This document shows, piece by piece, positions 1 through 7,972 of a stretch of 64,000 nucleotides of DNA. The position numbers and the translations under genes are program-made. Position 1 is the first letter of the stretch. Every line of letters begins with the position of its first letter. The stretch comes from Gemmatimonadaceae bacterium (GTDB lineage Bacteria > Gemmatimonadota > Gemmatimonadetes > Gemmatimonadales > Gemmatimonadaceae). Where the stretch lies: positions 114,724 through 178,723 of the forward strand of contig JAICWO010000004.1 of assembly GCA_025934775.1 (NCBI GenBank). The letters run 5' to 3'. The notes beneath the pieces are model-generated. The model saw nothing but the letters and a program-made list of their open reading frames with translations. It had not been told where the DNA came from and did not search any database.

Positions 1-177
1 CTTCTCGTAGACCGCGATGTCGGCGATGCGCCCCGACATGATCGCCGGCCCGATCGATCGGAAGTGCAATTGTTGGAATTGCTGGGCGATGGGAACGGCC
101 GATTGCGCGAGCAGCGCCGGCGCGGCGAGCGCCATCGCGGCGAGAGAGGTCAGCGCGGCACGACGAGTGGGAATCAT
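1..177 (-). CDS. N-terminal part of a secreted BNR/sortilin(VPS10)-like repeat protein; the gene runs off the left edge
   Basis: Reverse-strand ATG at 177 preceded by GGAGG. Translation is MIPTRRAALTSLAAMALAAPALLAQS AVPIAQQFQQLHFRSIGPAIMSGRIADIAVYEK, a signal peptide followed by the FRxIGPAxMxGRIxDIAV opening I associate with this family. The track ORF 17..205(+) is its antisense shadow. Confidence 0.5.
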   Translation of the reverse strand, partial: MIPTRRAALTSLAAMALAAPALLAQSAVPIAQQFQQLHFRSIGPAIMSGRIADIAVYEK

Positions 178-284
178 CGAGGCCTCCGGACGACGCCGGA
201 TGTGAGGGGTGGGTGGGGGTCGAAAGCGCGCTGATTGTAACTCGGCGGTTCAGGGCCGTCTACCGTTCCGCCCGCGCGCTAGTC

Positions 285-489
285 GGCACGGGACACACGG
301 GAAACTACACGGGAATAACGGATCGCTCCTCTCGTTGTTGGGAGGTATGAAGACCGCTCCGGACGTCACGAGAAGGCCAGCCAGCCCGACGCCGTTGCAA
401 GAGTTCATTCCCGGCTCGTTGCGCCACGCATTCTTTCGCCGAACGGAGCGCGCCGTGTACCCCGTGCGGTTCTCCGTTCATTCCGTGCC
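285..489. repeat. CACGG-unit inverted array, copy 1 (arms 285-325 and 451-489, about 125-nt spacer)
   Basis: + arm is GGCACGGGACACACGGGAAACTACACGGGAATAACGG. The reverse complement of the right arm is GGCACGGAATGAACGGAGAACCGCACGGGGTACACGG. Each arm has about 4 tandem units of about 9 nt ending in ACGG. The same design occurs at 18527-18630 and 20389-20488. Confidence 0.6.
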
Positions 490-552
490 GAATCGCAACG
501 GAAGCTCGCGAGCACTCGTGCCGGGTCGCGACGTGAATCGTCTCTTCGAGAC

Positions 553-1131
553 ATGATCACCACGACAAGCGCCGTCCCATCGCTCGCGCTCGGAGCTCTC
601 TTCGTCATCGGCACCGGATGCACGAAGGACGCGGCCCGAGAGTCCGCCAACAAGAGCGCAACGAGTGTCGACACCGCGGCCGCGGTGCAATCGTCGTCTC
701 CATCGGCGCCGCGGAACGCGTCGCTCGTCGGCCTCGCGTACACCAGCCTTCCACCCGGAATGACACTCGTCTCAGGCGCCGTGATTCCCACGAGTGGCGC
801 TCAGACGTTCGACGTCGCCCACGTCGCCACGCCGGCCGGCGACCGGCTGTTGCTCGAGAGCGCGGGTCCGAAAATCGCCGGCGCCGCGAGTCATCTCATC
901 GTCGCCGACCTCGCGCTGCCGCCGATGTCGGCGAACGAGCGGCTCGTCATGGCATCGTGCGACGTGAACGGCAAGCTCGATCCGCGCGTCATGGCGGTCG
1001 TCGAGATTCTCCCCGATCGCGCGCAGTTCACGCGCGTGCGACAGGCATGGCGCGCCGATCTCGACGGGAAGCGGTTCGAGATCATTCCCGTCGACGGGAT
1101 CGTGTGTGAGGAGCCGGGCTCCGGCGTTTGA
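553..1131 (+). CDS. hypothetical lipoprotein
   Basis: 192-aa ORF with signal peptide and lipobox (LFVIGTGC), and non-repetitive composition. No family recognised. Confidence 0.6.
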   Translation: MITTTSAVPSLALGALFVIGTGCTKDAARESANKSATSVDTAAAVQSSSPSAPRNASLVGLAYTSLPPGMTLVSGAVIPTSGAQTFDVAHVATPAGDRLLLESAGPKIAGAASHLIVADLALPPMSANERLVMASCDVNGKLDPRVMAVVEILPDRAQFTRVRQAWRADLDGKRFEIIPVDGIVCEEPGSGV

Positions 1132-1165
1132 TCGCGTCGATTTTCGCGCGCCTCAATTTCCACGC

Positions 1166-1194
1166 TTGACAACTCTCTCATGCCGGCATAGCTT
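1166..1194 (+). promoter_or_regulatory. sigma70-like promoter candidate (TTGACA-N17-TAGCTT)
   Basis: Perfect -35 hexamer at 1166-1171, a 17-nt spacer, and TAGCTT at 1189-1194, inside a gene-free region. No annotated gene lies immediately downstream. Confidence 0.4.
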
Positions 1195-1566
1195 GGCCGA
1201 CCTGGGAGTCGCGTCCCGATGTATCACGTCGTTTCTCCGCGCCTCGCGCGCGGCCACGACCTCGATGTCCGTTCCATCGAGATGATCATCGGCGACGCGA
1301 TTTTTCTTTTCTGAACCTTTCGGCTCCTGCAATCCGTACGCAGCACGCGATGATCACAGCCACCTCGTACGCCCTCCGCCTGACGCAACCGGCTGGCTTC
1401 GGCCAGCTCGGCGCGAGCTGGACCACGCCCATGGGTGTGGCGCAGATCGAGCGCGCGGCGGTCCCGGACGTTCGAGATACGCAGCCGGACTACAGAGACA
1501 GCGCAGGCGTTGGAGACGGCGGACGGAGTTGACCGCGTCCGCACGATCCAACCCAGGGAGCGAGAG

Positions 1567-1603
1567 CAACGCCCCGCCTGCGCAGTGAGCAGGCGGGGCG
1601 TTG
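1567..1603. terminator. 15-bp GC-rich hairpin (terminator-like, no U tract)
   Basis: CAACGCCCCGCCTGC-GCAGTGA-GCAGGCGGGGCGTTG. It lies about 400 nt downstream of the 1166-1194 promoter candidate. Confidence 0.45.
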
Positions 1604-1985
1604 TCGTTCGAGTCACTCACAAGGAGGGCATTGATAAACCCACTTCACCAGATCACCGATCGTCCGACCGCGAAGCATGGCGCCCGAGTAGCTGGACACG
1701 CGACTCCCCTACTCGATCAGCGTCCTCTGCTTCCGGTCGCGACGACACACCGGAATCGGCGCGTATGGGCAATGGCCGCGCGCCGCCGGGATCCGTAGCT
1801 CAAGCATCACGTCAGAGCGCGGCGCCGCCGCACGATCATCCCATGGCCCGAAAGGCGGGACCGTGCGGACACACGGCGCCGAGATGCGGGTGAAACCCCG
1901 CCGGCCCGGTCTCTCCGCTCGTATGCGATCGCCTTGTCGTCGGCAGTATGCTTCGGCGAACGCCGGCCACCACGTCCGCTCCCAC

Positions 1986-2669
1986 GTGCAGATCCCGCTG
2001 CTCCATCAGGCGCCACCGACTCCGCTGCTCCTCCACGCGCTCGACCTGATCGGGTGCGCGGTGTTCGCGATCTCCGGTGCGCTCGCCGCGGGACGCAAGC
2101 GTCTCGATCTCATTGGCGTCGTCGTGCTCGGACTCGTCACCGCCGTGGGCGGCGGCACCATTCGCGACGTGCTCCTCGATCGCCATCCAATCTTCTGGCT
2201 CGCCGATCCGATGTACGTGCTCGTGATCGTCGCCTCCGCGCTCGCGACGGTCGCGTACGCGCGCTGGCGGCATCCCTCGGCCAAGGCGCTGCTCTACGCC
2301 GACGCGGTGGGGCTCGCGATGTTCAGCATCACCGGCGCGCAGATCGCCGAGCGTGCGGGGCTGCCCGCGGTCGCCGGCATCGTACTCGGCACGGTGACCG
2401 GCTCCGCCGGCGGCGCCGTGCGCGACATCCTGAGCGCCGAGATACCGCTCGTGCTGCGGCGCGGGAATCTGTACGCGACCGCCGCCATTCTCGGCACGTC
2501 AGTGTACTTCGTCCTGCGAGCCGCCGATGCGCCCCGACCCGTCGCCACGTGGTTGGGGATGATCGTCATCGCGGCGGTGCGTCTGGCATCGATCGCGTTT
2601 CGACTGCAGCTTCCCGTGTTCGCGCTCGAGGGCGATGGCGTGCCCGCGCCGCGGGATCGAACGTCCTGA
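1986..2669 (+). CDS. TRIC/UPF0126 (YadS-like) trimeric cation-channel family membrane protein
   Basis: LDLIGCAVFAISGALAAGRKRLDLIGVVVLGLVTAVGGGTIRDVLL, plus a second half with GSAGGAVRD, gives the duplicated UPF0126 signature. In-frame GTG at 1986 is chosen as start; the track ORF begins at 1863 with an Arg-rich extension. Confidence 0.8.
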   Translation: MQIPLLHQAPPTPLLLHALDLIGCAVFAISGALAAGRKRLDLIGVVVLGLVTAVGGGTIRDVLLDRHPIFWLADPMYVLVIVASALATVAYARWRHPSAKALLYADAVGLAMFSITGAQIAERAGLPAVAGIVLGTVTGSAGGAVRDILSAEIPLVLRRGNLYATAAILGTSVYFVLRAADAPRPVATWLGMIVIAAVRLASIAFRLQLPVFALEGDGVPAPRDRTS

Positions 2670-2743
2670 GGCTGGTATTCGTAGCTGAAGTTGTGCGCAG
2701 TGCTCGGACGAACGATCGTCATCCACATTCCTTCTCTCCTGGT

Positions 2744-3199
2744 ATGACCTACAGCTCTCTGCAGAAGACCGTCGCTGTACTCGTCGCTGCCGCCGCCGTT
2801 GCGGCGTGTCACAAGAGCGCGCCGATGGCCGGACCGACGCCCGCCGGCGCGCCGATGGCGACGGCCGCCGTCAAGGGCGCAAACGCGCTGCCCGCCGGCG
2901 TGACCGTGGCGATGGTCGCGATGGGAGACTCGATCTTCCACGCGCGCTCGTGCGCACGCTGCCACGGCCCCAATGCCAAAGGCGCGCAGGGTGGTCCCGA
3001 CCTCACGACGAGCACGCACCTGCACGTGAACGGCAGCTATGAGGATTTCGTCCGCATCATCACCACGGGCGTGCCGCATGATTCCGTCAAGATCGCGACG
3101 CATCGCGGGATGCCGGCGCGCGGCGGTGGTCCGGTGCAGTTGACCGATCCGCAGATCCAGGCCGTCGCGGCATACGTCTATACGCTGAGCCACAAGTAG
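2744..3199 (+). CDS. class I c-type cytochrome lipoprotein
   Basis: In-frame ATG at 2744 inside track ORF 1934..3199. Signal peptide/lipobox (AAVAAC), heme motif CARCH, and a distal Met (HRGMPA). Confidence 0.8.
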   Translation: MTYSSLQKTVAVLVAAAAVAACHKSAPMAGPTPAGAPMATAAVKGANALPAGVTVAMVAMGDSIFHARSCARCHGPNAKGAQGGPDLTTSTHLHVNGSYEDFVRIITTGVPHDSVKIATHRGMPARGGGPVQLTDPQIQAVAAYVYTLSHK

Positions 3200-3960
3200 T
3201 GCACACGAGTCGAGTCGTTGCGGCCGCCGCGATGATCGCGAGCGCGATCTCCTCGCTGCACGCGCAGGTCGACACGCGGTGGCCGCAGCACTCGATGGAC
3301 CGACCCCGCCCGCCGGTGGTGACGCCCGCTCCGTTCGTGAACGAAGCGCATCCCTCCGACGCGATCGTTTTGTTCGACGGCAAGTCGCTCGCGAATTGGG
3401 AATCCGCGGACAGTGCGGGCCACCCCGCGCGGTGGAAGCTCGCCGGCGGCTCCATGGAAGTGGTCCCCGGCACCGGCTCGATCCAGACGAAGCAGGCGTT
3501 CGGCGACGTGCAGCTCCACGTGGAATGGAGCCCTCCGACGCCGGTCAAGGGCGAAGGGCAGGAGCGCGGCAACAGCGGCGTGTTTCTCATGGGCCGCTAC
3601 GAGCTCCAGGTCCTGGATTCGTATCACAATGATACTTATCCGGACGGACAGGCCGGCGCGATCTTCGGTCAGTTCCCGCCGCTCGCGAACGCCAGCCGCC
3701 CGCCCGGCGAGTGGCAGACGTACGACGTCATCTTCCATCGCCCCCGCTGGGATGCCGGCGGCAAGCTGCTCTCACCGGCGCGCTTCACCGTTTTCCAGAA
3801 CGGCGTGCTCGTGCAGGACAATGTCGCGCTCAGCGGACCCACGGCGTACCAGCACCGGCCGCCGTACGCGAAGCACGCGGACGCGCTGCCGTTGATGCTG
3901 CAGAATCATGGCGATGCGGTGCGGTTTCGGAATATCTGGGTGAGGAAGATCGAGCCGTAG
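3199..3960 (+). CDS. DUF1080 (3-keto-disaccharide hydrolase-like) secreted protein
   Basis: The signal peptide ends SLHAQ. Characteristic ...W....G.......G.L.TK..FGDFQL..EW-like block (QTKQAFGDVQLHVEW), NSGVFLMGRYELQVLDS, and C-terminal FRNIWVRKI. The GTG start overlaps the cytochrome c stop (TAGTG). Confidence 0.85.
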   Translation: MHTSRVVAAAAMIASAISSLHAQVDTRWPQHSMDRPRPPVVTPAPFVNEAHPSDAIVLFDGKSLANWESADSAGHPARWKLAGGSMEVVPGTGSIQTKQAFGDVQLHVEWSPPTPVKGEGQERGNSGVFLMGRYELQVLDSYHNDTYPDGQAGAIFGQFPPLANASRPPGEWQTYDVIFHRPRWDAGGKLLSPARFTVFQNGVLVQDNVALSGPTAYQHRPPYAKHADALPLMLQNHGDAVRFRNIWVRKIEP

Positions 3961-4004
3961 GGGAGGGGTGGCGGCGATGAGCCGCGATCTCGACGTCGCT
4001 CGGC

Positions 4005-4123
4005 GAGACCAGTTTCGAGATTGCGAGACGCGGGCCTCGAGACGCCAGTCGGATTGTGAGTCGCGCACCGAACAATCTGACTCGATTCTCGCATCTCGAG
4101 TCTCGAGTCTCGCGACTGGTCTT
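4005..4123. repeat. inverted array of about 7-nt CGAGA units (REP-like) between convergent gene ends
   Basis: Left: TTCGAGA TTGCGAGA ...CCTCGAGA. Right: TCTCGCA TCTCGAG TCTCGAG TCTCGCG. Outer ends GAGACCAGT (4005-4013) and ACTGGTCTT (4115-4123) are complementary. Confidence 0.55.
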
Positions 4124-4173
4124 GCCCTCGAGCTCGCGATCCCTCCGAGCAAAACGATGCGTGCCCGAGAGCC

Positions 4174-5070
4174 TTACAGCTCCAGGTCGTGGTCTATCCC
4201 CCACAACCCCGCGTACTTGAGAAACGCCGCGAACGCCCCGATCGCCGACGCGATGAATCCGGGCACCCCGTCGCGCCATCCGCTCCACAATATGTAATCT
4301 CTAAAGAACCGCCACGCGGGCCGCACGGTGAAGTCCGACACGCGCGCCCGCCGCCCGCGCGCGTGCAGATCGCGCGCGCCCCACCGCGCGTAGGTGATCA
4401 CCTTGGAGACGTGGTGCATCACGCCGCGATACGGGTGATGCAGCAGCATGCCCTGCAGACGGCCGACGGGCTGCGTGGAGACGATGTGCTCGTGCACGCG
4501 GGTGATCTCGTACCGGTGCTCGCGCGTGAAGACTCGCGTCTTCCAGTCGCGGCCGTACGGACCGTGCCGCAGCTCGCGGCCGAGATACCAGTTTCGTGAT
4601 CGCACGCGATAGGCTCCGAAGGCCGGATTCGCCTCGCGCGCGAGCCGGTCGAGCTCCTCGCGCAGCTCCGGTGTCACGCGCTCGTCGGCGTCCATCGTGA
4701 GGACCCACAGATGGCGCGCCGCCTCGATGCCGGCGTTCCGCTGATCGGCGATCGTTCGCTCGGTGACGCTCATGACGCGCGCGCCGGCGCGCGCCGCCAG
4801 CGCGTCCGTTCCGTCGGACGAGCCGCCGTCGACCACGATGACTTCGCCTGCCCACGCGAGGTCGGCCACCAATTCGGCGATCCGCGCCGCTTCGTTCAGC
4901 GTCGGGATCACGACCGTGACCGGAACGTGTGCAAGCGACGCCGCGCCGCGCGTCTCCTGGCCGACACTCTGAACGGGGGAGCCATGCGACGTGTCCGGAC
5001 CGCGGTCCTTCCACTGCTCTGTGCCGCCTTGGCCGGGCCCGCTCCCACGCGTCACATCGGCCACGCACAC
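4174..5070 (-). CDS. family 2 glycosyltransferase
   Basis: VTVVIPTLNEAARI...VIVVDGGSSDGT...DADE motif set. The true start is uncertain: there is no canonical start between the first codon and the VIPT strand, so about 45 low-complexity residues precede the fold. Confidence 0.8.
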   Translation of the reverse strand: MCVADVTRGSGPGQGGTEQWKDRGPDTSHGSPVQSVGQETRGAASLAHVPVTVVIPTLNEAARIAELVADLAWAGEVIVVDGGSSDGTDALAARAGARVMSVTERTIADQRNAGIEAARHLWVLTMDADERVTPELREELDRLAREANPAFGAYRVRSRNWYLGRELRHGPYGRDWKTRVFTREHRYEITRVHEHIVSTQPVGRLQGMLLHHPYRGVMHHVSKVITYARWGARDLHARGRRARVSDFTVRPAWRFFRDYILWSGWRDGVPGFIASAIGAFAAFLKYAGLWGIDHDLEL

Positions 5071-5403
5071 TCCTGGAGTGAGATCACGCTCGAGATCGAG
5101 TCGCTCGAGGCCGGCCCCGTTACGACGCGAGTCGTGGTCGAAACGGCACCGCCCGCAACCCTCGGCAAGCGGGCCCGCGCAGATTCGACGACGGGACTGA
5201 CGCCCCTGTTAATCCCGCTCGACTCTGCGGCGCAGGTGATTCGCGTGACGACGGTCCACGACCGTGCGGTGCGACTGCGCGTGCGGGCCGGCGGCCGCGA
5301 CCTCCAACAGCCATCGCTCGCGTGGGGACGCGATCTCGAGCTGCGACGGGCCGGCGACCACTACGACGTGGTCGCTCGGCCGATCCTGATCACGCCGCGT
5401 TGA
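4984..5403 (+). CDS. hypothetical secreted protein (weak)
   Basis: In-frame ATG at 4984 gives MRRVRTAVLPLLCAALAG... with a signal-like N-terminus and moderately high GC3. However, it overlaps the divergent GT2 5' end by 87 nt and the bacilliredoxin 3' end by 14 nt. Confidence 0.3.
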   Translation: MRRVRTAVLPLLCAALAGPAPTRHIGHAHSWSEITLEIESLEAGPVTTRVVVETAPPATLGKRARADSTTGLTPLLIPLDSAAQVIRVTTVHDRAVRLRVRAGGRDLQQPSLAWGRDLELRRAGDHYDVVARPILITPR

Positions 5404-5836
5404 CGGGAGCGCAATACCGGTTGAATGCGTTCACGAGATCGTGCGCGATCTCATCGGGCCCACGGCCCTCGATCTGCCAACGCTCGAGCATGAACACCAG
5501 CTCGCCGTTCTTGAGCAGCGCGATCTGCGGCGACGACGGCCCATACCCGGTGAAGTAGCTGCGCGCCCGCGCCGTGGCGTCGGCGTCCTGCCCCGCGAAC
5601 ACCGTCGTCAGGTGATCGGGTTTGATCGGGTTCTCGAGCGCGATCGCCGTCGCGGGGCGCGCCATGCGCGCCGAGCAGCCGCACACGGAATTCACGACGA
5701 CGAGCGTCGTACCGGGCTGCTTGACCGCCGCGTCGACCTCCTCCGGCGTGCGCAATTCGTCCACGCCGAGGCGCGTCAGCTCCTGGCGCATCGGGGTGAC
5801 GAGACGTTCATCGTACATCTGTTGCGGAAGGCGCAT
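5390..5836 (-). CDS. bacilliredoxin (BrxA/BrxB, DUF1094/YphP family)
   Basis: PMRQELTRLGVDEL...TTLVVVNSVCGCSARMARPA, with the family's CGC redox motif, over the full length (148 aa). Confidence 0.8.
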   Translation of the reverse strand: MRLPQQMYDERLVTPMRQELTRLGVDELRTPEEVDAAVKQPGTTLVVVNSVCGCSARMARPATAIALENPIKPDHLTTVFAGQDADATARARSYFTGYGPSSPQIALLKNGELVFMLERWQIEGRGPDEIAHDLVNAFNRYCAPVNAA

Positions 5837-5887
5837 GGGTCCGTCCTGCTCTGCTGGCTGTTGTTGTGAAACGAATATTACTGAATC

Positions 5888-6247
5888 CTACTCCTCGCGC
5901 ACGAGCGCGAGGATCGCCGCCTGCGGGACGACCAGATAGCGCTCGCCCTCGAACGTGATCTCCACCGCCGCCTTGCGAAAGAAGAGGGCGTAGTCGCCCG
6001 TGCGTGCTTGCATCGGGACGAATCGCGTCTCTCGTGCCGGAGCGCGCCACGGCTCGTCGCTATTCGAGTCCGGACTCGGCATGGGCAGCCCCGGCCCGGT
6101 CGCCACGATCTTGCCGCCCTGCACAGCCTGGTTGTCGATCGCCGTCGGCGGCAGGTAGAGTCCCACGGTCGTGCGCTCTTCGCCATCCTCCACGTGCACG
6201 AGCACGCGGTCGCCAACGACGATGAGCTCTTTGTCCTTTCTGATCAT
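5888..6247 (-). CDS. GroES/Cpn10-like small protein with an inserted loop
   Basis: In-frame ATG at 6247 inside track ORF 5888..7657. The pattern DRVLV..E......GLYLP......QGGKIVATGPG ... GDYALF......EI..EGERYLVV....ILA follows the Cpn10 beta-barrel pattern. Confidence 0.55.
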   Translation of the reverse strand: MIRKDKELIVVGDRVLVHVEDGEERTTVGLYLPPTAIDNQAVQGGKIVATGPGLPMPSPDSNSDEPWRAPARETRFVPMQARTGDYALFFRKAAVEITFEGERYLVVPQAAILALVREE

Positions 6248-6288
6248 GTCGAATCCGGCTCGAGGTGCGTGGTCCTGACAGGTGAAAG

Positions 6289-7632
6289 TTATTCGCTCGG
6301 AGAAGCGGCCGGGACCGGTGAGCCGCGCATCACGCGAAATGCCGGATAGCTCACCAGCACGATGAGCAGCGCCCAGGCGCTGTTCCGGGTGTCGGTCGCG
6401 ATCGCGCTCGCGAGAAAAGCGAGCGATCCGAGCAGCACGAAGCCGGTCGTCCACGGATGCGCCCAGGCGCGATACGGGCGCACCGCCGCCGGCTCGCGCC
6501 TCCGCAGCACGAACACCGCGAGAAACGACAGCGAGTAGTCGGCGACGAAGAAGAACGCGGCGATCGCGATGATGCTCTCGAACGTGCCGGTCGCGAGGAA
6601 GGCCACGCTCACCACGCCGCTCGCCACGAGCGCCGTGACCGGCGTCCCGCCGTCGTTCACGCGCGTCGCCGCCGCCAGGCCGAGTCCGTCGCGGCTCACC
6701 GAATAGAGCACGCGCGACGAGATGAGCAAACACGCATTGACCGCGCTCGGCAGCGAGATGATCACCACGAGCCGCACGAGCAGCTCGCCGCGCGAACCGA
6801 AGATCGCGTTGGCCACCGTGCCCGCCGCGAGCGGCGACCCCGCGATGGCGGACGTCGGGAGTGCACGCAGAAAGGCGAGGTTGATCAGAAGGTAGATCGC
6901 CGCGACGCTCGCGAGGCCATAAAACATCGAGCGGGGGATCTGCCGCGCCGGATCGTCCAGCTCCTCGGAGAAATAGATCGGCCCCGACCAGCCGTCGTAG
7001 GTGTAGATCACCGATTGCGCCGCGAGGAGGAACGCGGCGAAGGCGGATACGTGCAACGCGGCGTTCGCGGGCGCGGTGGCGACTGGCGTGACGGCGTGGC
7101 CGCCGAACGCGAAGCACGCCGCGACGAGCGCGAGCAGCGCGAGGGCTTTGGCGAGACTCGTCACCTGCTGCGCGCGATCGCCGAGCTTCGTGCCGCGCAC
7201 CAGGAGCGCGGTGAACATGATCACGACGGCGATCGCCAGCGGCGACGCGAGCCCTGGGCGCAGCCGTGCGACACTGACGATCGATTCGCCGATCACGATC
7301 GCGATCGCCGCCGTCGACGCGCAGGTCGAGATCCAGTCCAGCCATCCGACGAAAAAGCCCGCGTAATCGCCGAACGCGTGGCGCACGAATACGTACTGGC
7401 CGCCGCTGCGCGGCAGCATCGTGCCGAGCTCGGCGAGCGCGTTCGCACCGAGGGCCGCGTACAGCGCGCCGAGCAGCCAGATCCCGATGAACGCCCAGGG
7501 GCTGGGCAGAAGGCCCGCGATGTCGCCGGGCGTTCGCAGAATTCCGCCGCCGATCGAGTTGCCGATGGTCACAGCGAGCCCGAACGAGAGCCCGAGTACG
7601 CGGAGCAGCCCCTGCGGCCGATGCATCGGCAA
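6289..7632 (-). CDS. APC-superfamily amino acid/polyamine permease
   Basis: 447 aa and about 12 TM segments. N-terminal block GLAVTIGNSIGGGILRTPG and LPRSGGQYVF are typical of APC transporters. Confidence 0.85.
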   Translation of the reverse strand: MPMHRPQGLLRVLGLSFGLAVTIGNSIGGGILRTPGDIAGLLPSPWAFIGIWLLGALYAALGANALAELGTMLPRSGGQYVFVRHAFGDYAGFFVGWLDWISTCASTAAIAIVIGESIVSVARLRPGLASPLAIAVVIMFTALLVRGTKLGDRAQQVTSLAKALALLALVAACFAFGGHAVTPVATAPANAALHVSAFAAFLLAAQSVIYTYDGWSGPIYFSEELDDPARQIPRSMFYGLASVAAIYLLINLAFLRALPTSAIAGSPLAAGTVANAIFGSRGELLVRLVVIISLPSAVNACLLISSRVLYSVSRDGLGLAAATRVNDGGTPVTALVASGVVSVAFLATGTFESIIAIAAFFFVADYSLSFLAVFVLRRREPAAVRPYRAWAHPWTTGFVLLGSLAFLASAIATDTRNSAWALLIVLVSYPAFRVMRGSPVPAASPSE

Positions 7633-7678
7633 AGGATGCGGCCGCGCGCTGCCCCACGCCAGGGAAATCGCTACGCCA

Positions 7679-7972
7679 TCATCCGATCGCCAGCGTGCCC
7701 GCGGCCGAGTCGTACGTCACGGGATACGAGTGCATGTTGCTCGTCGGTTGTCCGCCGATCCACTGTCCCTGCTTGTCGAACGTTGCGCCGTGGCGCGGAC
7801 ACTGGAATCCGTTCGTGAACACGCCGATCGTTGCGCCCTGGTGCGGGCAGATGAGCGAGAACGCCGAGAACGTATCCGTGCTCTCGCGCACGATCGCGAT
7901 CGGCGTTCCGTTGATGTTCGTCGTCGCGACACCGCCCACCGAGTTCAACGCCGGGAACTGCGACACCGACAC
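7679..7972 (-). CDS. Rieske [2Fe-2S] domain (as an intact ORF starting at GTG 7972)
   Basis: CPHQG ...(17 aa)... CPRHG cluster-binding boxes. See the pseudogene entry for the out-of-frame Tat signal upstream. Confidence 0.7.
   Translation of the reverse strand: MSVSQFPALNSVGGVATTNINGTPIAIVRESTDTFSAFSLICPHQGATIGVFTNGFQCPRHGATFDKQGQWIGGQPTSNMHSYPVTYDSAAGTLAIG

Noticed and set aside
17-205. Track ORFs 17..205(+) and 209..556(+) at the left edge.
   Set aside because: 17..205 is antisense to a well-formed signal peptide plus BNR/sortilin-like N-terminus with its own GGAGG. 209..556 consists largely of the CACGG repeat arms and spacer.
1500-1620. tmRNA-like features on the minus strand: GGACGCGGTCAACTCCGTCCGCCGTCTCCA resembles the tmRNA T-arm/acceptor 3' end, and a nearby ...AACGACAAC... 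could code an ANDN-type tag start.
   Set aside because: The supposed T-arm folds as a 7-bp stem with a 10-nt loop rather than 5 bp/7 nt. I found no complementary 5' acceptor strand (GGGGACG/GGAGACG) within 300-450 nt upstream. The tag-like frame has no early stop or ALAA-type ending, and it lies only about 60 nt from the T-like hairpin. I also looked for RNase P (GGAAAGUCCGG, ACAGAA) and SRP signatures and saw none.
4984-5070. An 87-nt overlap of the 5' ends of the divergent GT2 gene and ORF 4984..5403, considered as a possible real overlapping-gene arrangement.
   Set aside because: More likely one start is mis-assigned or the + ORF is not real. GC3 in the overlap slightly favours the GT2 frame. 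The + ORF is kept only as a low-confidence feature.
6457-7818. Very long ORFs rich in Arg/Ala/Gly on the strand opposite to, or out of frame with, confident genes. Examples: 6457..7818(+), 25156..26598(-), 32533..33822(+), 48190..49200(-), 52067..53869(-), 55452..58013(-), 45681..46859(-), 27726..29150(-) upstream part.
   Set aside because: Their composition (RRRR, HRRD, GRRA runs) is typical of high-GC shadow frames. Each fully overlaps a gene with clear family motifs, and none shows recognisable domains.
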